Shown here piece by piece: positions 20,794-28,846 of a DNA stretch of 64,000 nt; within the stretch, counting starts at the first letter, position 1; every line of letters starts with the position of its first letter. This DNA is from an uncultured Candidatus Rokubacteria bacterium (GTDB lineage Bacteria; Methylomirabilota; Methylomirabilia; Rokubacteriales; CSP1-6). Made by a program: the position numbers and the translations under genes. The stretch lies in NCBI GenBank assembly GCA_963762145.1, contig CAVXJS010000022.1, positions 73,885 to 137,884 of the forward strand, in the 5' to 3' direction. The notes below the pieces were generated by a model. That model was not told where the DNA came from, made no database searches, and saw only the letters and a list, made by a program, of their open reading frames with translations.

Positions 20794-21795
20794 TTACCTC
20801 GCGGTGTACTGCGTCTGGTAGTACTGCCGGAACGCGCCCGACTTGATGGGCTTCCACCACGCGTCGTGCGCCCGGTACCACTCCACGGTCTCGGCCAGCG
20901 CCTGGTCGAAGCTCGCGGCGGGCGCCCAGCCGAGCGCGCGGACCTTGCTCGAGTCGAGCGCGTAGCGGCGGTCGTGCCCGGGCCGGTCCGCCACCGGCGT
21001 GATCAGGCTCTCCGGCTTGCCGAGCAGGCTCAGGATCCGGTGCGTGAGCGTCACGTTCTGCACTTCCGCGGCGCCCCCGATGTTGTAGATCTCGCCGTCC
21101 ACGCCCCTTGCGGAGGACGAGGTCGATCGCCGCGCAGTTGTCGAGCACGTAGAGCCAGTCGCGCACGTTGCGGCCGTCGCCGTAGAGCGGCAGCGCGCGA
21201 TCCTCGATCGCGTTGGTGACGAAGAGCGGGATGACCTTCTCCGGATACTGGTACGGCCCGAAGTTGTTGCTGCTGCGGGTGACGAGCACGGGCAGGTGAT
21301 GGGTGGTCCAGTAGGCGCGGGCCAGGAGATCCGCGGCCGCCTTCGAGGCCGAGTACGGATTCGACGGATTCAGCACGTCGCTCTCGCGGGCCGCGCCCTC
21401 CGCGATGCTCCCGTACACCTCGTCGGTGCTCACCGCGAGGAAGCGGCCGATCTTGAGCTCGCGCGCGGCCTCCAGCAGGGTGAAGGTGCCGGTCACGTTG
21501 GTCCGGAGGAAGTCGTCGGCGCCCAGGTTCGAGCGGTCCACGTGGGTCTCGGCCGCGAAGTGCACGACCGCGTCCATCCCGGCCATGGCCTCGCGAACCA
21601 CCGCGCGCGTCGCAGATGTCGCCCTTGACGAACCGGTAGCGGGGATTCGTCTCGACGTCGCGCAGGTTCTCGAGATTCCCCGCGTAGGTGAGCTTGTCGA
21701 GATTGACGACCGCGTCGCCGGGATGGCGCGCCAGGACGTGGCGGACGAAGTTGGAGCCGATGAAGCCGGCGCCGCCGGTGACGAGGATCTTCATC
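20794..21795 (-). pseudogene. rfbB: dTDP-glucose 4,6-dehydratase with 2 frame disruptions
   Basis: [18 protein letters not shown]-terminus (frame of ORF 21051..22160). The middle part carries the YSASKAA catalytic motif (frame of 19757..21601). The C-terminus is ORF 20794..21102. Switches lie near 21610 and 21107. Confidence 0.8.
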
Positions 21796-21796
21796 C

Positions 21797-22351
21797 TATC
21801 CCCGGGTGACGTCCCAGATGTCGGCCCCGGCGAAGTCCCAGGGCAGCCGCCCCTCTTCGGTCTGATCCGGATCCGCCGAGAACTGCACGTCCACGAAGTA
21901 GATGATGCGGCCGCGCGATGGCCGCGAGGTTCTTCACCCCGTGGGCGACCCCGGGGGGGATCCGCAGCAGCCGCGTCTGGCCGTCGCCGAGCACGATCCG
22001 GCGCTGGGCCCCGTGCGTCCGGCTGTGGGCCCGCACGTCCAGCAGCACCACCAGCATCTTGTCGCCGGGCGGCACGAACCACACGTCGGTCTGGCGGCGG
22101 TGCAGGTGAAACGCCTTGATCACGCCGGCGTCCATCTCGCTGTAGTTCACCTGGCGGCACTCGAAGCCGGGCAGCGACGCCGGGATCCCCTGCTGCAGCC
22201 GCGCCAGCTCCATGAAGGACCCGCCGTCGTCGGTGAACCGCTTGAGCTCCACGACCTGCACGCCCTCGATCTCGGGCGCGGCCCCGTAGTCCTGCAGGGC
22301 AAAGGCCCGCTTGGCCGCGTCGCTCAGCTCGATCGGGTCGCGCGAGGCCAT
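21797..22351 (-). pseudogene. rfbC: dTDP-4-dehydrorhamnose 3,5-epimerase (RmlC-type cupin) with 1 frame disruption
   Basis: MASRDPIEL...[11 protein letters not shown]...[27 protein letters not shown]...[12 protein letters not shown] is in the frame of ORF 21791..22816. The C-terminus [36 protein letters not shown] is in another frame and ends at stop 21797-21799. The switch lies near 21905. Confidence 0.7.
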
Positions 22352-23412
22352 CAGATCAGACCCACCTCGCTGCGATCGCCCAGCATGAAGTTGAACGAGC
22401 GCGGCTTGGACGCGGTCCGGTGAATGGACACGTTGCGCCCGATCAGGCTCGACTCGATGCGCCCGCCCACGTCGGTCACGCTCGCGCCCTCGAGGATGAT
22501 GGAGTGCTCCACCTCGCTGGCGCGGAGCACCACCCGGTCGCCGATCGACGTGAACGGGCCCACGTAGGCGCTCTCGATGACCGCGTCGCGGCCGATGATC
22601 GCCGGCCCGCGCACCGTGCTCTTGATCACCCGCGCGCCCGCCTCGATCACCACCCGGCCGACGATCTCGCTGTCCTCCACCGTCCCGTCGGTCCGGGGCA
22701 TCAGGGTGTCCAGGATGATCCGGTTGGCCTCCAGCATGTCCTCGAGCTTGCCGGTATCCTTCCACCAGCCCTCGATGATGTGGGGCCGTACGATGTGACG
22801 CTGGTCGATCAGCCACTGGATCGCGTCGGTGATCTCGAGCTCGCCGCGCGCCGACGGCTTGATGGCCTTGACCGCCTTGAAGACCGTCGCGTCGAACATG
22901 TAGACGCCGACCAGGCCCAGGTTGGAGGGCGGATCCTTCGGCTTTTCCACCAGGCGCACCACCTGCCCGTCCTTCAGCACCGCGACGCCGAACTGGGTCG
23001 CGTCGGGCACGGCCGCGAGCAGGATCTGGCAGTTGGGCTTCTCGTCGCGGAAGCGCGTGACCAGGGGCTCGAGACGCTCACGGATCAGGTTGTCGCCCAG
23101 GTACATGCAGAACGGCTCGGTGCCGAGGAACGGCTCGGAGACGAGCACCGCGTGCGCGAGGCCCAGCGGGGCCTCCTGTTCGATGTACGTGATCGACACC
23201 CCGAACCGGCTGCCATCCCCGACCGCGTCGCGGATCTCCTGCCGGGTGTCGCCGACCACGATCCCGATCTCCCGGATCCCCGAGGCGGCCAGCGCCTCGA
23301 TCCCATAGAAGAGGATGGGCTTGTTGGCCACCGGAACGAGCTGCTTCGCCGAGGTGAACGTGATCGGACGGAGACGCGTGCCCCGGCCCCCGGAGAGGAT
23401 TAGCCCTTTCAT
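22351..23412 (-). CDS. rfbA: glucose-1-phosphate thymidylyltransferase (long form with C-terminal left-handed beta-helix)
   Basis: Intact 353-aa [35 protein letters not shown] nucleotidyltransferase motif. Its stop overlaps the rfbC start (ATGA). Confidence 0.85.
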   Translation of the reverse strand: MKGLILSGGRGTRLRPITFTSAKQLVPVANKPILFYGIEALAASGIREIGIVVGDTRQEIRDAVGDGSRFGVSITYIEQEAPLGLAHAVLVSEPFLGTEPFCMYLGDNLIRERLEPLVTRFRDEKPNCQILLAAVPDATQFGVAVLKDGQVVRLVEKPKDPPSNLGLVGVYMFDATVFKAVKAIKPSARGELEITDAIQWLIDQRHIVRPHIIEGWWKDTGKLEDMLEANRIILDTLMPRTDGTVEDSEIVGRVVIEAGARVIKSTVRGPAIIGRDAVIESAYVGPFTSIGDRVVLRASEVEHSIILEGASVTDVGGRIESSLIGRNVSIHRTASKPRSFNFMLGDRSEVGLI

Positions 23413-23489
23413 TTAGCGGCCAAGTATAGCAGTCTTACCCAACCGCCACTAGCCGCCCTACCGGGCTTGCCAGATCCGACCGGAAAGGG

Positions 23490-23498
23490 TGGTATTAT
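23490..23498 (+). promoter_or_regulatory. possible extended -10 promoter element (TGgTATTAT) upstream of the rhodanese-MoeB gene
   Basis: tggtattat lies 42 nt upstream of ATG 23541, in the rfbA/moeB-like divergent intergenic region. A GGAG RBS is at 23531-23534. Confidence 0.3.
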
Positions 23499-23540
23499 GA
23501 ACGTACTGAAATCGCTGAGACTTTCATCCAGGAGCGGGTG

Positions 23541-24761
23541 ATGGCGACGTTGAAGGATATGCTGGCAGACGCCCGGCGGGTGGTACCCGAGCAGGGGCCG
23601 GCCGAGGTCAAGAAGCGAATCGACGCCGGGGAGCCGCTCGTCCTGATCGACGTCCGCGACCCGGACGAGTACCGCGACGGCTTCATCGAGCCCGCGACGA
23701 ACATCAGCCGCGGCTTCCTCGAGTTCCGCATCGGCGGCGCGGCGGCGGATCCGACGACGCCGATCGTGCTGTACTGCCAGAGCGGCCTCCGGTCGATGCT
23801 CGCCGCCAAGGCCCTCCGCGACCTCGGCTACGAGAACGTGACCAACCTGCAGGGCGGCTTCCAGAAGTGGGCGCAGTCCGGCCTGCCGGTGGCCAAGGAC
23901 CGCCCGATGAACGCCGAGCAGATCCAGCGCTACAGCCGTCACTTCCTGCTGAGCCAGGTGGGCGAGAAGGGCCAGCGCAAGCTGCTCCGCTCGAAGGTGC
24001 TGCTGATCGGCGCGGGCGGGCTCGGCTCGCCGACCGCGCTGTATCTGGCCGCGGCGGGTGTCGGCACGATGGGCCTGATGGACGGCGACGTGGTGGACGT
24101 GTCGAACCTGCAGCGGCAGATCCTCCACACCACCGCGAACGTGGGGCGGCCCAAGGTCGAGTCGGGCACCGAGATGATCCGGGCGCTGAATCCGGACGTC
24201 AACGTCATCCCGCTGCCGACGCGCATCACCGTCGACAACGTGATGGACATCATCAAGGACTACGACCTGGTCATCGACGGGTCGGACAACTTCGACACTC
24301 GCTACCTGATGAACGACGCCTGCTACCTGGCGGGCAAGACCAACGTGCACGGCTCGATCTTCCAGTTCGAGGGTATGGCCACCGTGCTCGCCCCGAACCA
24401 GGGCCCGTGCTACCGCTGCCTCTACCCGACGCCGCCGCCCCCCGGGCTCGTCCCCAGCTGAAGCGAGGCCGGCGTCCTGGGCGTGCTCCCAGGCATCATC
24501 GGAGTGATACAGGCCACCGAGGCCATCAAGGTGCTGCTCGGCATCGGCGAGCCCCTGATCGGCCGGCTCCTGACCTACGATGCGCTCGGCATGCGCTTCC
24601 GCGAGGTCAAGCTACGCCGCGACCCCAAGTGCCCGCTCTGCGGCGAGCACCCGACCATCACGGACCTCTCGATTCACAGCGGCACCGCGGACGGCTGCGC
24701 GGTCAGTGACAATGGCCATACCGCGCCCGCGGCCGCACCAGCCGCGACACCGCGCGGGTAG
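23541..24761 (+). CDS. rhodanese + MoeB/ThiF-type adenylyltransferase fusion, interrupted by a single in-frame TGA (24459-24461; Sec candidate or nonsense)
   Basis: ORFs 23538..24461 and 24483..24761 share one frame. The N-terminal rhodanese has the active-site loop CQSGLRS. The ThiF/MoeB Rossmann motif is LLIGAGGLGSP, and the zinc motifs are CYRC...CPLC. The TGA falls where PSC(A/S)E(A/G)GVLG has its Cys. Confidence 0.75.
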
Positions 24762-24803
24762 CCCACTCCCGCGCGATCATCGCGGCGGCGCGCGGCCGGC
24801 CGC

Positions 24804-25049
24804 TCACGCCGCGCGGATTCTCATCGGCGCGGCCACGGGCTCCTGCTCCCGCGCCGCTTTCACGATCACCCGGCCACGCTGGGGAAGGCCCTCCGCGCGG
24901 TCGAGCCACACGCTGAGGGGATAGGTATCCTCACTCGCGCAGGCCGGACAGCGGCGGGAGAGCGATCCATCGAAGACGGCGTTGCAGGCCAGATCTAGGC
25001 AGAGGAGAGCGGACTCCAGCTGGATCTTGAACGAGCTGATGGGCTCCAT
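24804..25049 (-). CDS. hypothetical small protein with two Cys pairs (zinc-ribbon-like)
   Basis: 81-aa ORF with a GGGGAGGA RBS directly upstream. Cys pairs CLDLAC and CPAC. No recognisable family. Confidence 0.45.
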   Translation of the reverse strand: MEPISSFKIQLESALLCLDLACNAVFDGSLSRRCPACASEDTYPLSVWLDRAEGLPQRGRVIVKAAREQEPVAAPMRIRAA

Positions 25050-25234
25050 GAAATCCTCCCCGCGGGGCTGGTCGTGCGTGCGTTCCGAGTGAGCGCCGAT
25101 TCCTCACGCGAGACGCTGACGGCAAGAAGTAAGCCACCGGGAGACCCACACGAAATCCCTGGGTTACGTTCTCGAGCCCCGCACGGCGGGCTGGCGTTTC
25201 GCCCGAGCGAGGACGAAATTTCGGGCAGGAAGCA

Positions 25235-25258
25235 GCGCGCCTGCAGGGATTCGAACCC
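25235..25258 (-). repeat. orphan copy of the 3' end (acceptor strand + T-arm) of tRNA-Arg
   Basis: gcgcgcctgCagggattcgaaccc matches 26274-26297 at 23 of 24 positions. No cloverleaf can be completed around it. Confidence 0.6.
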
Positions 25259-25307
25259 AGCCGGCGAATGCTACCCAGTAAGCGCAACTTTTCATGACGA
25301 CACTCGC

Positions 25308-26252
25308 TCAGCGGGATCGTCCCGACGCTCGGCGCAGCTTGTCGAGGAACGACGCCGGCATCTCGTGCCCGAGCTGCTGAGCCTTTTGCACGTCCTGCCA
25401 GGCCCGTTCGTGGTCTCCCTTGCCGTAGTAGGCGACCGCGCGGTTGCCATAGGCGTCTCCGAATCTCGGCGCCTGCGCGAGCGCCGCGCTCAGATCGGCG
25501 ATCGTCCGATCGTACTGCTTCGTCGCGACGTGGATCGTCCCGCGATCGTAGAGCGCGCTGGAATCGGACGGATTGAGCTCCAGGGCCCGGTTGCAGTCGG
25601 TCAGCGCACGGTCGAATTCGTCCAGGACGATGTAGAGGAAGCAGCGGTTCGTGTACGCTCGCGAATATTCCGGGTCCAGTCGGATCGCCCGATCGAAATA
25701 CGCGATGGCCTCCCGATACTTCTTCGCCTTCTTCAGTCGGACACCCCGGTCGAAGACCATCGCGGCATCGGGGGACGGCCTGAAGATCGTGAAGGCGCCG
25801 GTGGCGACTCTCTGACCGTCGACGAAGAGATTCACCCGGTAGATCCCCGCGGTCCAGCTGTCGACGTTCCGCCAACCCCAGCTGTGCTGGTGATACGAGC
25901 TCGTCCAGCCCGGCTCGACGGAGGTCTGATTCGTTTGCCGGGCCAGGATCGTGCCGTCCGACCGAGACCAGACCTGCTCCACCGAGAAGCTCTTCCGGCT
26001 CGTCGGGGCGGGGTGGTCGAGATTGAGCTCCCAGGCGATGAAGCGGGCCGACGCCCGCTCAAACCAGTTCGCATAGACGCGTTTGCTGCGGGGCGTGTAC
26101 TCGTATGGTGTCTCGAAGAACCGCACCAACGTGACGCGGGCGTCCAGCGATGGTATGAAGCCGGTCGGGCCCTGGGCCCGCGCCGCCGGCTGGATAACGG
26201 GGAGCAGGGCGATGGTCACCACGGCGAGCAGCGCCAGCCGGATCGGGCTCAT
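25308..26252 (-). CDS. secreted TPR-repeat protein
   Basis: 314 aa. Signal peptide MSPIRLALLAVVTIALLPVIQPAARAQG. The C-terminal half has 3-4 TPR units (AIAYFDRAIRLDPEYSRAY..., ALTDCNRALELNPSDSSAL...). Confidence 0.8.
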   Translation of the reverse strand: MSPIRLALLAVVTIALLPVIQPAARAQGPTGFIPSLDARVTLVRFFETPYEYTPRSKRVYANWFERASARFIAWELNLDHPAPTSRKSFSVEQVWSRSDGTILARQTNQTSVEPGWTSSYHQHSWGWRNVDSWTAGIYRVNLFVDGQRVATGAFTIFRPSPDAAMVFDRGVRLKKAKKYREAIAYFDRAIRLDPEYSRAYTNRCFLYIVLDEFDRALTDCNRALELNPSDSSALYDRGTIHVATKQYDRTIADLSAALAQAPRFGDAYGNRAVAYYGKGDHERAWQDVQKAQQLGHEMPASFLDKLRRASGRSR

Positions 26253-26271
26253 GCGGCCTCGAAGCTTGGAT

Positions 26272-26348
26272 TGGCGCGCCTGGAGGGATTCGAACCCCCG
26301 ACCCTCGGCTTAGAAGGCCGATGCTCTATCCAACTGAGCTACAGGCGC
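26272..26348 (-). tRNA. tRNA-Arg (anticodon TCT), CCA encoded
   Basis: Manual cloverleaf: GCGCCTG TA GCTC AGTTGGATA GAGC A TCGGC CTTCTAA GCCGA GGGTC GGGGG TTCGAAT CCCTC CAGGCGC G CCA. Confidence 0.95.
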
Positions 26349-26350
26349 GT
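26310..26350. repeat. left 41-bp direct repeat (att site) of the integrative element = 5' half of tRNA-Arg
   Basis: ttagaaggccgatgctctatccaactgagctacaggcgcgt is identical to 56103-56143. Confidence 0.9.
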
Positions 26351-26357
26351 TAGGTAC

Positions 26358-27569
26358 TTACGATACACCGGGCGAGGGCGACCCGCCCGACTCGAAGTTT
26401 TCTCGAAGTTCCGTAAACCTTACGCTAGCCGGGACCAGGCGCTCTACGGCCTCTTGTAGGTGGTCCGGGGCGAGGTGGGAATACCTCTGGACCATCCCCA
26501 GAGTTCGCCACCCGCCGAGGGCCTGGATCGACCGGAGGTCGACTCCAGCCATGACTAGTCGCGACGCGAAAGTGTGCCGATTACAGTGCCACGTATAGCC
26601 ATCCAGGCGACTCGCGTCCCTTCCGGCCGCCAGTAAGGTCGCCCGCGCGCGCTCGACGGCCTTAGGGAAGAACTTATCAGGCTGCTTATGTAGGCACGCG
26701 AAGACGGGTTCCTCCGGATCGTTCGGCGTGCGCCGCATCGCCGCAAGATCGAGCAGAACAGAGCGGACTATCGAATTCATGGGAACCTGCCGAGTGTATC
26801 CAGTCTTGGACTGTCGCACGCGTATTTGTTGGACAAGAACATCTATGTCCTGCCATTCCAAGGCGAGTTGTTCGCCCCAACGAAGACCCGTGTGGACAGA
26901 AACAATGAACAGAGGTTGAAGGTCAGGGTGGAGGGCATCACGGACTATCCGTTCCTCTTCGCCCAACAGGAACTTGATCCGACCCTCAGGCTCCTTGAAC
27001 TTCCCTACGCCCGTTACAGGATTCGTAGTCGCATGACCGTGCCGGATGGCCCGGTTGAACATGGCATGCAATAACGTCCGATATCGGTTCCGGGTGGAGT
27101 GGGACCGCTCCTGGAGCAACCCGTCCAGAAAGCTATCTACGTCGCGAGGAGTGACCGCATCGAGTTTCATTCCGCCGAAAGCCTTCTTCATCAAGTCGAC
27201 ACGGCTTTCCTCGGTGCGCCATCCGCGATGGTGCAGCTTCGACCAAATGAGGTACTGCTCACCATACTCACCAAATGTCACGCGGCGGGCCTCGGTCTGG
27301 CGCTCCGCTAGTGCGCGTTCTCGTGCCCTCCGCCGCTCCTCCTTCGGGCACCAACCTGGCTCGTCATGGGCCCTCGCTCGTCGAGCGTGGTATGCGCGCA
27401 AGGCAACGCTTTTGATCGGTCCGGCCTTCTCTTGATGGATATGGCCAACCGCGCACGTATATCGAATGCCCCATTCCTCGGACGGATGACGGAACAAACC
27501 GGGAGGGGCCTGGTCCTTCTTACGGGTCGACCAACTCCGGTGACTGCGGGGCACCTCATCACCGTTCAT
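26358..27569 (-). CDS. tyrosine recombinase / phage-type integrase
   Basis: Intact 403-aa ORF. Catalytic region TGLRWGEQLAL...HCNRHTFASRLVMAGVDLRSIQALGGWRTLGMVQRYSHL (R..HxxR..Y). Its stop lies 9 nt from the tRNA 5' end. Confidence 0.9.
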   Translation of the reverse strand: MNGDEVPRSHRSWSTRKKDQAPPGLFRHPSEEWGIRYTCAVGHIHQEKAGPIKSVALRAYHARRARAHDEPGWCPKEERRRARERALAERQTEARRVTFGEYGEQYLIWSKLHHRGWRTEESRVDLMKKAFGGMKLDAVTPRDVDSFLDGLLQERSHSTRNRYRTLLHAMFNRAIRHGHATTNPVTGVGKFKEPEGRIKFLLGEEERIVRDALHPDLQPLFIVSVHTGLRWGEQLALEWQDIDVLVQQIRVRQSKTGYTRQVPMNSIVRSVLLDLAAMRRTPNDPEEPVFACLHKQPDKFFPKAVERARATLLAAGRDASRLDGYTWHCNRHTFASRLVMAGVDLRSIQALGGWRTLGMVQRYSHLAPDHLQEAVERLVPASVRFTELRENFESGGSPSPGVS

Positions 27570-27638
27570 GGTTTGCTCGTGGACCGGGGGCCGGTAGGCC
27601 TCGTGGGATCAACCATCTTCTATAGGAGCCCACACGGT

Positions 27639-28271
27639 TCATCTCGCGCTCTTTTTCAGCATTCGCCTATTTCGCATCCTTTGCGAGCACACGCTTGAGC
27701 AGTATATCTGCCGTTTACTCGCTACTAACCACGCACCGCATTCCGTACACGATCGGAGTCGTGATCCGGACACTAAGATAAGATTGAACAGGCCTCTCAC
27801 GATCGCCCCTCCCTCATCATCCTCCCAATAGAGGAGTGGTCGGCCCACAGACCGCCCCCGTTCGCGTACAAGAAAAACCCGCCCTTGCGAAGGGACAGGC
27901 AAACGCTCACCGGCAAGGTAAGTCTGAATGGCTTTCCGGAGCGTGGCATGGATCGTCCGGATCTTCTGGTCGGCTAGTGGTCCAACTGTCACTCGATAGC
28001 TCGAATCACTAGGTATCAAAACCCGGAGGCCGTAGCCGAGGGACTCCCGTTCTGCTGAACTCAATTCTTCAAGATCCAATTGAGCGAAAGCGACAGCCCA
28101 TCTAAGCTGAGCCGTCGGCCTTCCGGGCATTTCCTTCTGAGCACGGTCCATCTGGTGCCGATACTCCTGCACTTCGGACCACGATGGGCGCCTCGCGAGC
28201 CGGACGCGTGATCGGCCTAAGGCCTGCGATAGGGCTCGTCCATTCCTAGTCTTCCCGCCCATAGGCTTCAC
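27639..28271 (-). CDS. hypothetical protein with C-terminal CxxC...YCSxxCxxRxRxRR zinc-ribbon tail
   Basis: 210-aa ORF between int and the Xis-like gene. C-terminus CTECGAWLVASKRQIYCSSVCSQRMRNRRMLKKSAR (CGNR-like topology). Confidence 0.55.
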   Translation of the reverse strand: MKPMGGKTRNGRALSQALGRSRVRLARRPSWSEVQEYRHQMDRAQKEMPGRPTAQLRWAVAFAQLDLEELSSAERESLGYGLRVLIPSDSSYRVTVGPLADQKIRTIHATLRKAIQTYLAGERLPVPSQGRVFLVRERGRSVGRPLLYWEDDEGGAIVRGLFNLILVSGSRLRSCTECGAWLVASKRQIYCSSVCSQRMRNRRMLKKSAR

Positions 28272-28360
28272 CCCTCCCGATCGCTCCCGATCCCTCTCAA
28301 TCGCTCTTTATCGTTCCCTCTCTAAGTCTACCGCCCTACGGCGTCTATGTAAAACAGTAT

Positions 28361-28390
28361 TTAACTTCGGTACGATAATCATACTATAAT
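28361..28390 (+). promoter_or_regulatory. possible sigma70-type promoter of the xis/replication operon
   Basis: TTAACT (28361-28366), 18 nt spacer, TATAAT (28385-28390), in an AT-richer divergent intergenic region. A GGAAGGAG RBS precedes ATG 28436. Confidence 0.3.
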
Positions 28391-28435
28391 CGTCTTACGA
28401 TCGCTAAGACCAATCTCGTTCGGAAGGAGACGCCT

Positions 28436-28657
28436 ATGAAACAATCCATGAATCTCGAGGAAGCTGGAAAATTTATAGGGGTCTCCCCGCACACGCTCCG
28501 GGTATACGCGCGCACGGGGCGGGTGACGCACTTCAAAATCGGCCGCAGACTCGTCTTTGATCGAGCCGACCTTGAAGAATTTCTCGCCACAAAGAAAAAG
28601 CCAGCCCACATTGCGCCGGCAACGACCGCAGGACGTGGTTCGGGCCGCAAGCTCTAA
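28436..28657 (+). CDS. excisionase-family helix-turn-helix DNA-binding protein (Xis/AlpA-like)
   Basis: 73 aa. LEEAGKFIGVSPHTLRVYARTGRVTHFKIGRRLVFDRADLEEFL matches the excisionase/MerR-like HTH pattern. Confidence 0.8.
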   Translation: MKQSMNLEEAGKFIGVSPHTLRVYARTGRVTHFKIGRRLVFDRADLEEFLATKKKPAHIAPATTAGRGSGRKL

Positions 28658-28846
28658 ACGGCGGGAGTGCCGCCGTGACTTCCGCGCCCCAACCATGCTC
28701 TGCGCGTACCTCGACACAACGGTCCCAAGCAAGACTCGGTTCTTGGGGATACTACCCAACTTCCACGTCTGGAGGGCCATGCGGATGTCAGGGGCCGACC
28801 GCGAGCGGCTGGCCGGGCGAGGGCCGGACCACGCTCGGAGCCGACC

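Noticed and set aside
20794-23412. Absence of rfbD as evidence for a non-rhamnose dTDP-sugar pathway
   Set aside because: The reductase could lie elsewhere in the genome. Absence from one window is not informative.
25074-25307. Possible tmRNA or other structured RNA ending in the tRNA-like GGGTTCGAATCCC segment
   Set aside because: No matching 5' acceptor strand, no tag reading frame and too little room before the TPR gene. It is interpreted as an orphan tRNA-Arg 3'-end copy.
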